This document shows, one piece after another, positions 38,901-49,612 of a stretch of DNA of 64,000 nucleotides (position 1 is the first letter of the stretch; every line of letters starts with the position of its first letter). This stretch comes from Ostrea edulis (Eukaryota), in the NCBI RefSeq assembly GCF_947568905.1, contig NC_079173.1, positions 20,832,001 through 20,896,000 of the forward strand, in the 5' to 3' direction. The position numbers were made by a program, and so were the translations under genes. The notes beneath the pieces are model-generated. The model had not been told where the DNA came from and did not search any database. It was given only the letters and a program-made list of their open reading frames with translations.

Positions 38901-41900
38901 GTACGTTGGAGTTCAAAGTAAACGGTGTGTACAAAAAACTCGAAAAACTTGAAAGTGTTGAAACTAAAGTAGCGAGCATCGGCACAATTATCTCAAATTT
39001 TGAATCGGAACTATCCAACATAAAATCCAGTATAAACTCAAGTCTTCAACAAACAAAGGACATGATTACAACGCTCGGTGAAAGGACAGATGGAGTAGAG
39101 TACCAATGTAACGAAATGGACGACCGAATAGCACACCTAGAGTCAGAAAATCAAGCACTGAAATGGGAAATCATTGACGTAAAAGTGCGCTCTATGAGGG
39201 ACAATTTAATCTTCTCAAATATTCCTGAGAGAGTCGACGAAACCCCTAATGTGACTGAGAACATTTTACGAGAATTTCTAGAAAAAGAACTGAAAATGGA
39301 TACGGCTGATGTGAGCAACATTAAGTTTGACAGAGTACATAGAATGATGGGACGTAACAAACCCCGAGCAATAGTGGCGAAGTTTAACAACTTTAAACAA
39401 AGGCAAGACGTCAAATTCAGATCCAGAGAACTGAAAGGTACAAACTTTTATATAAATGAACAATTTCCACCAGAAATCAACGAACAAAGATGACAACTAA
39501 TTCACATTGCGAAGGAGAAACAACGACAAGGACACAGGACACGTTTAGTGTACAATAAACTGTACATTGATGGCGTTCCATACAAACCACCTACCAACCC
39601 ACGGATCCAGGAACCGATGAGATAGGAAATTGCGGGGGTCGGACATTCATTGCGTATAGTCGCATGGAATGTAAACAGAAATTTAGAGCAAAAGATATGT
39701 GACAGTGACTTTTGCACAGTCATATCTGACTACGATGTAATATTTTTATCAGAATGCTGGATTCAACTTGGAACAGCTCTAAAGTGCGATTGGTTAAACG
39801 ACGAATTTGAATACAAATGTTTTCCTAGACTGAAGGGTAAAGGCGGTGGCCTTGTGCTGTTATACAGAAAAACACTTCGTAAGTTTGTATCAATTGTTAA
39901 ATGTGTTGAAGACACACTCATATGGTTAAGAGTAGAACAAAGAGATCATCCCGATATTTATATCTGTTTTGCGTATATACCTCATGATCATAACGTTTAC
40001 TACACAAAGTATAATTGCGATTTATTTGATTGCATCTTAAATGATATGTCAATTTTTACACAGAACGGCACTGTTGCTGTTGCCGGTGACTTAAACAGTA
40101 GAGTTAGTAATTTACCTGATTATATTGTAGAAGACTCTCTTGCTATACCTATTCATGATATGCTGTCAAATGTTTTTGATTATAACACCGATTCGGTCAT
40201 GCCACATCGAGTATCAGAAGATATGATGGTTAATAGGTTTGGCAGAAAGTTTTTAGAATTATGTAAATCTACTGGTTTAAGACTTTGTAATGGCAGAACA
40301 CCAGGTGATGAAAATGGTCAGTTAACTTTTTACAATCACTTGGGTACAAGTGTTATAGATTACATTTTAGTAGAAAATGCGTACTTTAACAATGTCACTA
40401 AGCTTAACGTCTGTGAGTTTAACGAATGGTCAGATCACGCACCAGTAGAATTTACTTTGAAATGTATGAATGCTAGCTTTTCCAATAATAGTGATGTAAT
40501 CACGAGTGGTCCAAATACGACACGGAAGTTCAGATGGGACGACGAGCACGTGGAACAAATGGAACGTGACCTCAATGACAAAGTCAGTGATCTGTATAAT
40601 ATTATCGACTTAATACAATCATCTACCCTAACACTGGATCGTGGTATTGAGCAGTTTAATTCTATATTAAATGATGTTTTTCAACCTTGTTCTAGAAATG
40701 TAACATATGTTGTAAAAAAAAATTCACCAAATAAGAAAAGTTCTACCAGCAAGGATAAACCTTGGTTTGACGAAAAATGTAAGCACTTGTACAACACTTA
40801 TCGTCATTTTATGTACATCTTTAATTCTGAGCGTAGCCCGGAAAACAGATGTAATCTGGTTGAAGCTAAAGGTGAATACAAACGTTATGAACGACAGGTC
40901 AGACGTAAGTATTTAAGATCAGAGGGGAACCGACTTAGTCTGTTACGTAGGAATAATCCTAGGCAATTTTACAAAGCGTTTAAGAATTCACGGTCTCCAC
41001 CTACAGAGTTGTCTTTGAATAATTTTTTTGTGCATTTCAAGTTTGTCTGTAACAATGATGGAGATAACAATAATACAGATGTGGACCGAGCTCAAAGTTG
41101 CATTTTCGAGGAGCTAGATGTTCCAATATCATGTGATGAAGTTTGTAATGTATTAAAGAAAACGAAAGCTGCTAAATCACCGGGCATTGATAACTTGTTA
41201 AATGAATACTTTTGTAAATTTCGAGTTATTTTTACTCCATCATGTCCATTGTTGTCACATCTATTCAATATTATCTTTAATCGTGGCACATTTCCAACAT
41301 GTTGGTCTGAGGGAATTATTTTCCCATCTTTTAAGAAAGGAAATGCTAACGACACTAATAGCTATAGAGGCATAACTCTGGTGAGTTGTTTGGCAAAAAT
41401 ATTTACTTCTGTTTTAAATGATAGGTTGTTAAAATGGTCTTACGGGAATAATTCTGTGTCAGATGCTCAGTTTGGTTTCAAACCAGGTTTTGGCACTACA
41501 GACGCTATATTTGCATTACAAAGTGTCATTAGTAGAACGTTATCACGCAAAAATAAGTTATTTTGCTGTTTTGTTGATTATCAAAAGGCTTTCGATAATG
41601 TCAACCGAAACAAGTTATTTTTAAAATTATCACGCTGTGGCATCACTGGTAAATTACTTACAATCATCAAATCACTATATAGTAACTTAAAATCCTGTGT
41701 TAGATTTCAATCTGAATTATCGAACTTCTTCTCATGTACAAACGGATTAATGCAAGGTGAGGGGTTGTCCCCCTTTTTGTTCTCTCTCTATGTGAATGAT
41801 TTTGAGAATGCATTTATTAATAACTTATGTGATGGGATTGACTTTAAAGATATATCACTGTTTTTGCTAATGTACGCTGATGATACTGTACTTTTTTCTG

Positions 41901-44900
41901 AATCAGCCACAGGATTACAAAACATGTTAAATACTTTATCAGTTTATTGTAACGAATGGGACCTAAAAGTTAACATTCAAAAAACAAAAGTTCTTGTCTT
42001 TCGTAACGGAGGGAAAATAAATGCCGCCAGCAAATGGTTTTACAATGGTAGCGAACTAGAAGTTGTTGACAGCTTTAATTATCTTGGTCTTGCTTTAAAT
42101 TTTAATGGTAAATTTTTAAAGTCTCAGTGTATTATCGCCGAGCAGGGTAGAAAATGTATGTACCATATTCTTCGAATTTGTGATAATCTGTCACTGAATA
42201 TTGTAACAAAACTTTATTTATTTGATACTTATGTTTCAAGTGTTTTGAATTATGGTAGTGAAATTTGGGGTTTTAACCCAGGTAACGATGTTGAAAAGGT
42301 ACATGTGGACTTTTGTAAGCGAATTTTACATGTAAAGAAGTGCACTCCAAATTATATGGTTTACGGGGAACTTGGTCGTGTGCCAATGTATAATTTACGT
42401 ATGATAAAAATTATCAAATATTGGTTGAAAGTTATCAAAACCGACAATTGTATCCTTCAATCTATATATGATGACATGTTGATTTGCAATCACAAGAACT
42501 GTAATTGGCGCTGCCAAGTTAAGCATTTATTATTATCGAAAGGATTTAGTGATGTATGGTTTAACCACTATGTTAATAATGAAGTTTTATTTCTAGAATG
42601 TCTCAAACAGCGTTTAACTGACAACTTCATGCAGTCACGAGATGAATTTTTTGATAATTCACCCAAATGTATTCTGTATAGACACCTTATTGATAATGTT
42701 ACCATTCAATTTTACTTGACAAAATCTATTCCGGAAAATCTTATTAATCTTTTAGCAAAATTTAGATTGTCTGCTCACCAGCTTAGAATTGAACAAGGTA
42801 GATATAATGGCACAGCAAGACAAGATCGATTGTGTGAATTTTGTAATTTGAACGAAGTTGAGGACGAATATCATTTTATTTTAATATGTCCTTTGTACAA
42901 AAACCTCAGATCTGCATATATGAAAAAATATTATTGGTCGCATGCTTCTATGTTTAAACTGGTACAATTGATGTCAATTCATAATAGAAAACAAATCTGT
43001 AATCTGGGTAAATTTTTAAAATGTGCTTTACTATTACGATCTAGCCAAACTATCGTCTAATGTATATGCTGGTTTTTGTTGGTTTCTTTTTTATGTAAAC
43101 TTGTCTTATAACTCTCTTCATGTATGTCCATCCTCTAATATTCACTCCACTTTTCATACTGTATACATCTTATTTGTTTATATTTTGTAATTGAATATGT
43201 ATTATGCTGATGAGCCGTAAGGCTTAAAGCCAATAAACAATACAATACATGTAATGGAGATTTGTTAAAAAAATTGTAGCGATCGAACAATGCATTACTG
43301 AGATAATGATGATAGGGAAAAAAGAAGAATAAATAGAATTTCAATACAAATGAAAGACTTATTGATAAGAAACAATTAAAATCACTATAAGATCTTCCCT
43401 TGGGAACATTATCATAAACTGTCATCTGAAGAAATAAAGTAAACAGCAACTCTAAAACTCAGTTTGATAACAGAATCATACAATAAGACATGCAGGTATT
43501 ACATTGGGCCGTCATTAAAAATATTTTTGTGTGATATACTCCGACCCACATTTTTCAAGGTGGGTCGGTAGATAGGTTTTTTTTTTTTTGGAACGTCATG
43601 AAATTTTCTGATATTTTCTTTCATTAAAATAAGGAGAATTTCCTATTTTTCAAGGGAACCCAACAACAAAACAAAAAAATCTAAATTTTTTTTTTTACAT
43701 TGCTGAAAAAAATGATCGGGTAGGAGCAAATTTGACGGGTCGGTTGGAGTACACCAAACAAATCAAGTTTTGTTTTTGGCCTTGGCAGTTGATAATGTAA
43801 GTGATATCTACAATGTCAACCACTTGTATACATTGTTAGGTGCATTCACAACTGTTAAATGTAATAGGGATTACATTTGCGGTGCACCCGACATGCACAT
43901 GTAGGTAATGAAATCCGAATATATTAGCTGGCAGGGATTATATTAGTCAGTGTTACAAGGCATGTATAAGTCATGTAAAAGTATTTAGGTACACAGGTGA
44001 ATAATAAAGTAATTGGTAAAGAGAAATATTTCTCTATTTGATGTTTAAAATGATAAAATGTGTCAGAATTAAAAATTGTGGAATTTCAGTATTGCTTGTG
44101 GAAATAAAATGCACAAGTAATGGCGATTGGAAAAATGATTTTGATCTCTAATTGTTGGGAAGAGACCGAACCATGAACCAATAGGCAAATACTGCTGAAA
44201 GATGGTGCAATGCGACAATGATGTGCTACACCAATCGGCAAAATTAGTAAAATGTGCAAACGCATGACTTCTACTTCATTATGTAAATGCTTTGGTGATA
44301 TTGAGACTCTGTTTATCAGTAACCTTTCTCAAGGGTAGAAGGGATCCGAAGCATGATTTAAAATGTGCTAAATTACAAAACATGCAGCCAAAAAAACCCC
44401 CCAAAAAACCCCAAACTTTAATCGCCAAAATCTTCCTACCGGTCACAAGGGCTGATGGTTCGACACGTCCCCATTACATATACAAAGAATGTCTCTCTTT
44501 TTATTAAGTTTTCTTATTGAACGCGATGTCCAGGCCCCAGGATCATGAAACATCTTAAGCTTAAGTCAAAATCTGAATATTGTGATGAAATGATTGAGAA
44601 GTCGATCATTCCAAAATAAAATTGCTATTCAATATTGTTTCATTGAATTTCTGGTGTATGCAAATTAAGAGTTTCATTTCAAAAGTAATGAATGTTTTAC
44701 ATGTGATTGAAATTTTGACTTAAGTCTGAGTTTGTTACATGATCCTGGGGCCAGATCAAAGAATTTTTGGCCCACCATTAAGTCTTTTATTACAAACAGG
44801 AGTAACACAGTCAAACAAGACGTTATTTATCCGAAGTTGATGCTACGGTTTGTGATCAAAGCAGAGTTAGTGAAATTGTCAATGAATTCTTGGTCAATGT

Positions 44901-45567
44901 AGCCAAAAACATACTAGGAATAAGCAGCATAAAAGGAGATGAATCTCACCAAAGTGTCCAGACATTTCAAGATGAAAATAATAAAGAACTTTTTAATTTT
45001 GAACCTGTGGTGAAAGCATTAATATAATAGGCATATGGAAAGCCACAGGTATAGATGGAGTTTCATAAAAGATTGTACACAAAGAAATTCTTAAACCTTT
45101 AGCATCTATTCAGAGTTGGCGAAAGACATTATGTCCTGTAGATTAGGGATAATTTAAAAAATTCACCAGACAAGTTAAAAATTTATCAGACAAAATATAT
45201 AAAAAACCCCGAGATTGTTTCAACTTCTTTCATTATCAAGCCTTGAATGTGACAGTTCAAAACATTAACTTGTGTTTAACAGCTCTCTATGTTTTGACCA
45301 CACAGGATTAAACTTTCTTCTCAATTTTGTTGAAGTTTGATTTTCATCCTTGTTTGTTCATAGGTTCTTGTTGATATAATCATATATCTCTGACACCCCC
45401 CCCCCCCCCCCCAAATTTACAAAAGAATATTTAAACACAAATATAACCATTTTCATTTAATTACTCATTTTACTGTGCATATGCAATACGTAAAATTTGC
45501 CATTTTTAGCACATGATGTAACTTCAAAATAGGCAACAAGGTTGGAAACTTCAAAAATGAAAGTAGA

Positions 45568-45604
<37 letters not shown>

Positions 45605-48362
45605 AAAACTCGATACAGTACTAATAATGAAAGACAAGTATTATGTGATTTAATTGTTTACTCGCTCAACCTTCAATACTACAGTTATTTCCTTAAACTT
45701 CGCAACATAAAGCTGGCCAACATTTACGTGATCTATTGCATAAAATTTTCATAAAACTGACAAAAATCGGAACTATCGCCTCGGAAGTGAATAGTTTTAA
45801 TTATTCTTAAAATATATTTTTTTAAAACTATAAGAGAGAGGGGATATGCGATCATGTTGACAAGCACCTGTGTTTAGACTTTCAACTTTCTGTTTTTCGT
45901 CTGAACCACGACTGTTCAACCATTTGATAGGTCACATAATCAGAAGTTGAATGACATGCGTAATATTGAAAGTACATGCACGGAGTGCAGGGCTTACGAT
46001 TTCTGGGAAAGTAAGTTCATGGTATACAATCAGACTAAGTTTATGTTTGCGTAAAAGTCAATAAACAACGCAGATATGATCTTTTTTTTTGTCTGCTGAT
46101 ATCTACCAGACAGTTTGTCAGATGAGGTTCTTTGTCTGCTGATATCTACCAGACAGTTTGTCAGATGAGGTTCTAAGTTTTACCAGACAAACTGAAAATT
46201 TACCAGAGATATCCGGTAGTTCGGTGTCTTGTAATTTTTTTCTTTTAAACGGTAGCTTTCCAGTTAGAATGAAAGTGGCACAAGTAGTACCATTGCAGGT
46301 ACATGCAATTTAATCGTCCTGTTAGTATGCCACCTGTACTGTCAAAAGTTTTTGAAAAAGCAATATACATTGTCAATTACTTGAAGTTTTTAACCATCAT
46401 TTTAATGACTTTTTATCAGCTTTTAGATAGAGATACGGGTGTCAAATAGCATTGATGAAAGTGATAGTTGATTGCAAGAAAATGTTAGATGAAAATAAGT
46501 ATGCAGCTGCAATATTGATGGATTTGTCAAAAGCATTTGACTGCATGTGTACCTCATGATCTTGTTTTATTGAAACTTTCATATGGATTAGCTGACAATG
46601 TTGTAAATCTTATAAAGAGCTCTCTCAGCAATAGACACCAATGTGTTAAGGTGAATGATCTGTGTAGTGGATTTTTAAGTTTGTACAAAGGTGTATCCCA
46701 GAGGTCCATCCTTGGGCCGATAATTTTTAACATCTGTTTCAATATCTTTTATTTTGCAAAATTCAGCCAGATGATTGTGTGAAATTACGATTGATTGATT
46801 GATGTTTTCCGCCATACTCAACAATTTTTCAGTTATCAGGTGGCGCCCGGTTTTTATTGGTGGAAGAGAGAACCCAGATACAATGTACCTGGGAAGAGAC
46901 CACCGACCTTCCGAAAGTAAACTGGGAAACTTTCTCACTTAATGGTGAGAGGCCGTGTGATTTTGAGCGTGATGCTCTAACCACTCGTTCACGGAGGCCC
47001 TGTGAAATTACGAAGTGTTACAACAGATTATCATCTTAAATCTGAGCAACATATATCCAATAGTTGTAAGAAAGCATCTCATTAACTAAATGTCCCTCAT
47101 TTACATAGACTATTTCACAGAAATATCACAGGCAAGAACAACTAGTTATGGTCTGAATTCTTTTCGTTTTAGTGCAGGCAAGCTATAGAACTTCCTTCCT
47201 GATTTTTTTAGACAAACTTCTTCTTAAATTTAATCAATTTTTAAAAATCACAAATCAACAGTTGGGAAGGGGGCTCAGGACTGCAAATGTAGTGCATGTT
47301 CTTAGTTAAAAATTATAATATATTGTAGTTTGTACAATTTCTTTATTATTACTTTCTTCTTGGTGCTTGATTTTTTACTTATTTATAGCATTCAAATACA
47401 TATATTACTATTTTTTCTTAATGCTTTTAAGGTCATAATATTGCTTTTGATTACCATGCTCAATTACTCTACACATGATCCATGTAGCTTTTATGTTTAA
47501 ATTTGCAGGTAAAGTAATATTTATTTGGCATCGTCTTAGCATTTCTTAGTCCTTTCTGTTTTCTGATTATATTTTGTTGGCATGAACTTCTTATCCTTAC
47601 ATATATTATATCTCCTTTAGTTTGTGTTGTATGAATATTTGTCTTAGTAAAATGATGTTTACATGAACTTTATGTAGTTTTAGTGCCTGTAAAATATGTT
47701 ATACGTCTCTTATAACATAATGATATCTATGTCTCTTATATTATCATAATGTCTATGAATAGTCGGTAATAGCTCTTTACAGCTAATGTTGTACTTTATT
47801 TTTTTACCATGTCTGACTTTAAATAAAGATTATTTGATTTGATTTGTCGTATACAGTGTATGATTTTGACTCATATGATCACAGTTTGGAATCATGTCTT
47901 TGTAGGCGAGAACACTGATAATGCTGTGACCAGTAAAACTGATTCAGACTTGCCAGAGTTAACCAATGACAAAGAAAAAAAAATTTTTGTTCATTTTGGA
48001 TAAAATTGTGCCCTTGGTCTGTTTTATAATTTATGAACTGTGGAAATTGCATTGTACATATTGTGTGGAATTAATTAAAAAATCACAGTATATCTGTGCA
48101 GTCTCAGAAAACAGATTTGTCACCGTTAATGAAAACAAAACAATCCCACATCAAAGTCAGAGTCTGACAGATTTATCACTTGTGATTTCCAACAACTCGA
48201 ATTTGAATTTGGGATTCCGTTATCAGAATGATTTGCCTCAATCTAATTAAAATTAGGTCTTATGATCCACTCATCTACATGTACTATTGCTAGATGAGCG
48301 GATCATAGGATCTAATTTTAATTAGATTGGTTTTGCCTCGAGTTTTTTTCTTTCTTTTCTTA

Positions 48363-48393
<31 letters not shown>

Positions 48394-48698
48394 CCAAATT
48401 TTGCAAGACATACAAATTAAACAATAACCTATCTAAAGTTAATTCTAAAATAGCCCGATGTGTACTCTCTACGACCCTAAGATATGTCTTGTGTGCATAA
48501 TGGGGACCATACTGGTCATCTGTTGTGTCCTTGAAGGCTTCCCATGCTGTTGTGCCCTGCTTTAAAGCTGCATACCTTTTGTATATTTGCCTTTAGTTTT
48601 TCTAACTCCTTCGAACCTATTGCAACATCTGGTACATCTTCAAATATATCTTCAATGTCCGATGATAATATGTCGAACTTTGATTCCGACGAAGCCAT
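35967..48698 (-). CDS. YAE1: YAE1 homologue (Yae1_N family; partner of LTO1 in Fe-S delivery to ABCE1), 153 aa, 3 exons
   Basis: Exons 48698-48576 (123 bp), 37503-37382 (122 bp) and 36183-35967 (217 bp) total 462 bp, with GT-AG introns and matching phases 0 and 2. The protein ...EDIFEDVPDVAIGSKELEKLKANIQK|DGFRTGLSVGQEGEIQTSFNQAFSQGIILLQSVSSVRGQIC|AYLSLNHL... follows the YAE1 pattern (D-x-F-D/E, GY/F-x-x-G-x-x-x-G, GFNQG, RG-x-LSA-LS). Confidence 0.85.
36745..36989 (-). mobile_element. Meta+Deu SINE copy (YAE1 intron 2)
   Basis: Reverse-complement match to the 11092 copy. Confidence 0.75.
37752..38023 (-). mobile_element. Meta+Deu SINE copy inserted in the 21-bp satellite
   Basis: Reverse-complement match; satellite units lie on both sides. 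Confidence 0.75.
38028..38450. repeat. 21-bp tandem array (also 37715-37750)
   Basis: Unit tacatgtaatgatttagtgtg. Confidence 0.95.
38594..39625 (+). CDS. LINE ORF1 (coiled coil + L1-type RRM/CTD) interrupted by TGA at 39491-39493
   Basis: RSMRDNLIFSNIPE, DRVHR, PRAIVAKF and INEQFPPEI occur before the TGA. The conserved CTD continues in frame after it (QLIHIAK...RLVYNKLYIDG) to TAG at 39623-39625. Confidence 0.88.
39650..43060 (+). CDS. LINE ORF2: APE endonuclease + reverse transcriptase + C-terminal zinc knuckle, 1136 codons, uninterrupted
   Basis: APE motifs WNV, FLSE, GDLNSR, SVIDY and SDH; RT motifs KSPGID, YRGITL, DYQKAFD, QGEGLSPFLF, YADD and YLG; C-terminal CEFC-x9-H-x4-C. It begins at TTG and the first ATG is codon 133. 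Confidence 0.97.
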   Translation: MRIVAWNVNRNLEQKICDSDFCTVISDYDVIFLSECWIQLGTALKCDWLNDEFEYKCFPRLKGKGGGLVLLYRKTLRKFVSIVKCVEDTLIWLRVEQRDHPDIYICFAYIPHDHNVYYTKYNCDLFDCILNDMSIFTQNGTVAVAGDLNSRVSNLPDYIVEDSLAIPIHDMLSNVFDYNTDSVMPHRVSEDMMVNRFGRKFLELCKSTGLRLCNGRTPGDENGQLTFYNHLGTSVIDYILVENAYFNNVTKLNVCEFNEWSDHAPVEFTLKCMNASFSNNSDVITSGPNTTRKFRWDDEHVEQMERDLNDKVSDLYNIIDLIQSSTLTLDRGIEQFNSILNDVFQPCSRNVTYVVKKNSPNKKSSTSKDKPWFDEKCKHLYNTYRHFMYIFNSERSPENRCNLVEAKGEYKRYERQVRRKYLRSEGNRLSLLRRNNPRQFYKAFKNSRSPPTELSLNNFFVHFKFVCNNDGDNNNTDVDRAQSCIFEELDVPISCDEVCNVLKKTKAAKSPGIDNLLNEYFCKFRVIFTPSCPLLSHLFNIIFNRGTFPTCWSEGIIFPSFKKGNANDTNSYRGITLVSCLAKIFTSVLNDRLLKWSYGNNSVSDAQFGFKPGFGTTDAIFALQSVISRTLSRKNKLFCCFVDYQKAFDNVNRNKLFLKLSRCGITGKLLTIIKSLYSNLKSCVRFQSELSNFFSCTNGLMQGEGLSPFLFSLYVNDFENAFINNLCDGIDFKDISLFLLMYADDTVLFSESATGLQNMLNTLSVYCNEWDLKVNIQKTKVLVFRNGGKINAASKWFYNGSELEVVDSFNYLGLALNFNGKFLKSQCIIAEQGRKCMYHILRICDNLSLNIVTKLYLFDTYVSSVLNYGSEIWGFNPGNDVEKVHVDFCKRILHVKKCTPNYMVYGELGRVPMYNLRMIKIIKYWLKVIKTDNCILQSIYDDMLICNHKNCNWRCQVKHLLLSKGFSDVWFNHYVNNEVLFLECLKQRLTDNFMQSRDEFFDNSPKCILYRHLIDNVTIQFYLTKSIPENLINLLAKFRLSAHQLRIEQGRYNGTARQDRLCEFCNLNEVEDEYHFILICPLYKNLRSAYMKKYYWSHASMFKLVQLMSIHNRKQICNLGKFLKCALLLRSSQTIV
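44534..44751. mobile_element. PIF/Harbinger-type MITE
   Basis: TIR gccccaggatcatg / catgatcctggggc with a 3-bp TSD CAG. Confidence 0.75.
44757..47846 (+). mobile_element. Fragmented CR1/L2-group LINE ORF2 relic
   Basis: Degenerate peptides KEFWPTIKSF, NRPVSMPPVLSKVFEK, ILMDLSKAFD, KGVSQRSILGPIIFN, YGLNSFRF and CKCSAC; ends AATAAA + (GATTT)n near 47820-47846. Interrupted by other insertions. Confidence 0.75.
46791..47000 (-). mobile_element. tRNA-derived SINE (V-like, internally deleted) with 13-bp TSD
   Basis: Head gggcctccgtgaacgagtggttagagc and (CAAT)n tail; TSD tgtgaaattacga at 46778-46790 and 47001-47013. Confidence 0.75.
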
Positions 48699-49285
48699 AA
48701 TTGCATAACTGATCTACTTTCACTTTCACGAAACCTTGAATCATATTTCAGAAAACATCGAACCCGACTTTAAATGCTCACGTGATCTATGACTTGTATA
48801 GAGAGAGTAAGAGAGAGAGAGAGTGGAAGGTAAAATAGATAAATAATAATTATGAATGGTTCTAAAGATACATATTAATATATATTTTTGTTTCCGTTTT
48901 TTTTTTGGTTGGGGGGGGGGGGGAGCAAAGTGAAAAAAGAAACAAAAGACACCCCCCCCCCCACTTGACATCTAAATGTATGTATATATATATATCAACA
49001 ACTTTTTGTCAGTCAATAAGGAACTCTCTACCAAAATAAACAGAGAACTGTCACGAACCACAATCATAGAAATCAAATGTTAAATTTGGTGATGAGAACG
49101 AAACAGGCGTGAAGAAAATGCGAACTGAAGCGACATGCCCCAAGGGCGACCTTGAAGAAAGAATCATATGATCCACGCAAGAATTTTATATGGCGTAGTT
49201 ACGAAATCACCCAGGTGCAATAAAGTCTAAGTCGCACATTCATCTTGGCCGTTCTATATGCACCCGTCCGCATTTGTAGTCCACG

Positions 49286-49548
49286 ATGAAATTCGAGGAT
49301 TGTTATGTAGTGCTGTATGTTTGCATCTGTAGTGTTCATGTGGTTCTCTGTGGATTCAATCATCGTGTAACTCCATCTTGTGATGAAACTGCGGACGTAT
49401 GTAAGTTTGAGTTTGACATTCATTACAAATTTTCCATGGTGTACTATTTCAACGGGTATTCCACACCCATCGTGGTCAGGAATGGGACACTGCTAAAGAG
49501 ATCGGTGTACAACAGCGAAGAGTTTACACCTCTCACGCCACAAGGTTA

Positions 49549-49612
<64 letters not shown>

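Larger units (their letters stand above)
38442..43245 (+). mobile_element. Full-length two-ORF non-LTR retrotransposon (RTE-X-like), antisense in YAE1 intron 1
   Basis: Has ORF1, ORF2, a 3' stem-loop GAGCC-GTAA-GGCTT, AATAAA and a (CAATA)n tail. It is flanked by tacatgtaatgg(g/a)gatttg at 38423-38441 and 43246-43264 (candidate 19-bp TSD, 1 mismatch). The clade call rests on the C-terminal RLSAHxLxIExGRY...CxxC-x9-H-x4-C motif. Confidence 0.93.

Noticed and set aside
43207-43230. CUGAUGA-GCC-GUAA-GGC in the LINE 3' UTR, resembling a hammerhead core
   Set aside because: It is followed by UUAAA rather than GAAA, and no stem I/III pairing or NUH site could be built. It is better explained as the LINE 3' recognition stem-loop before AATAAA.
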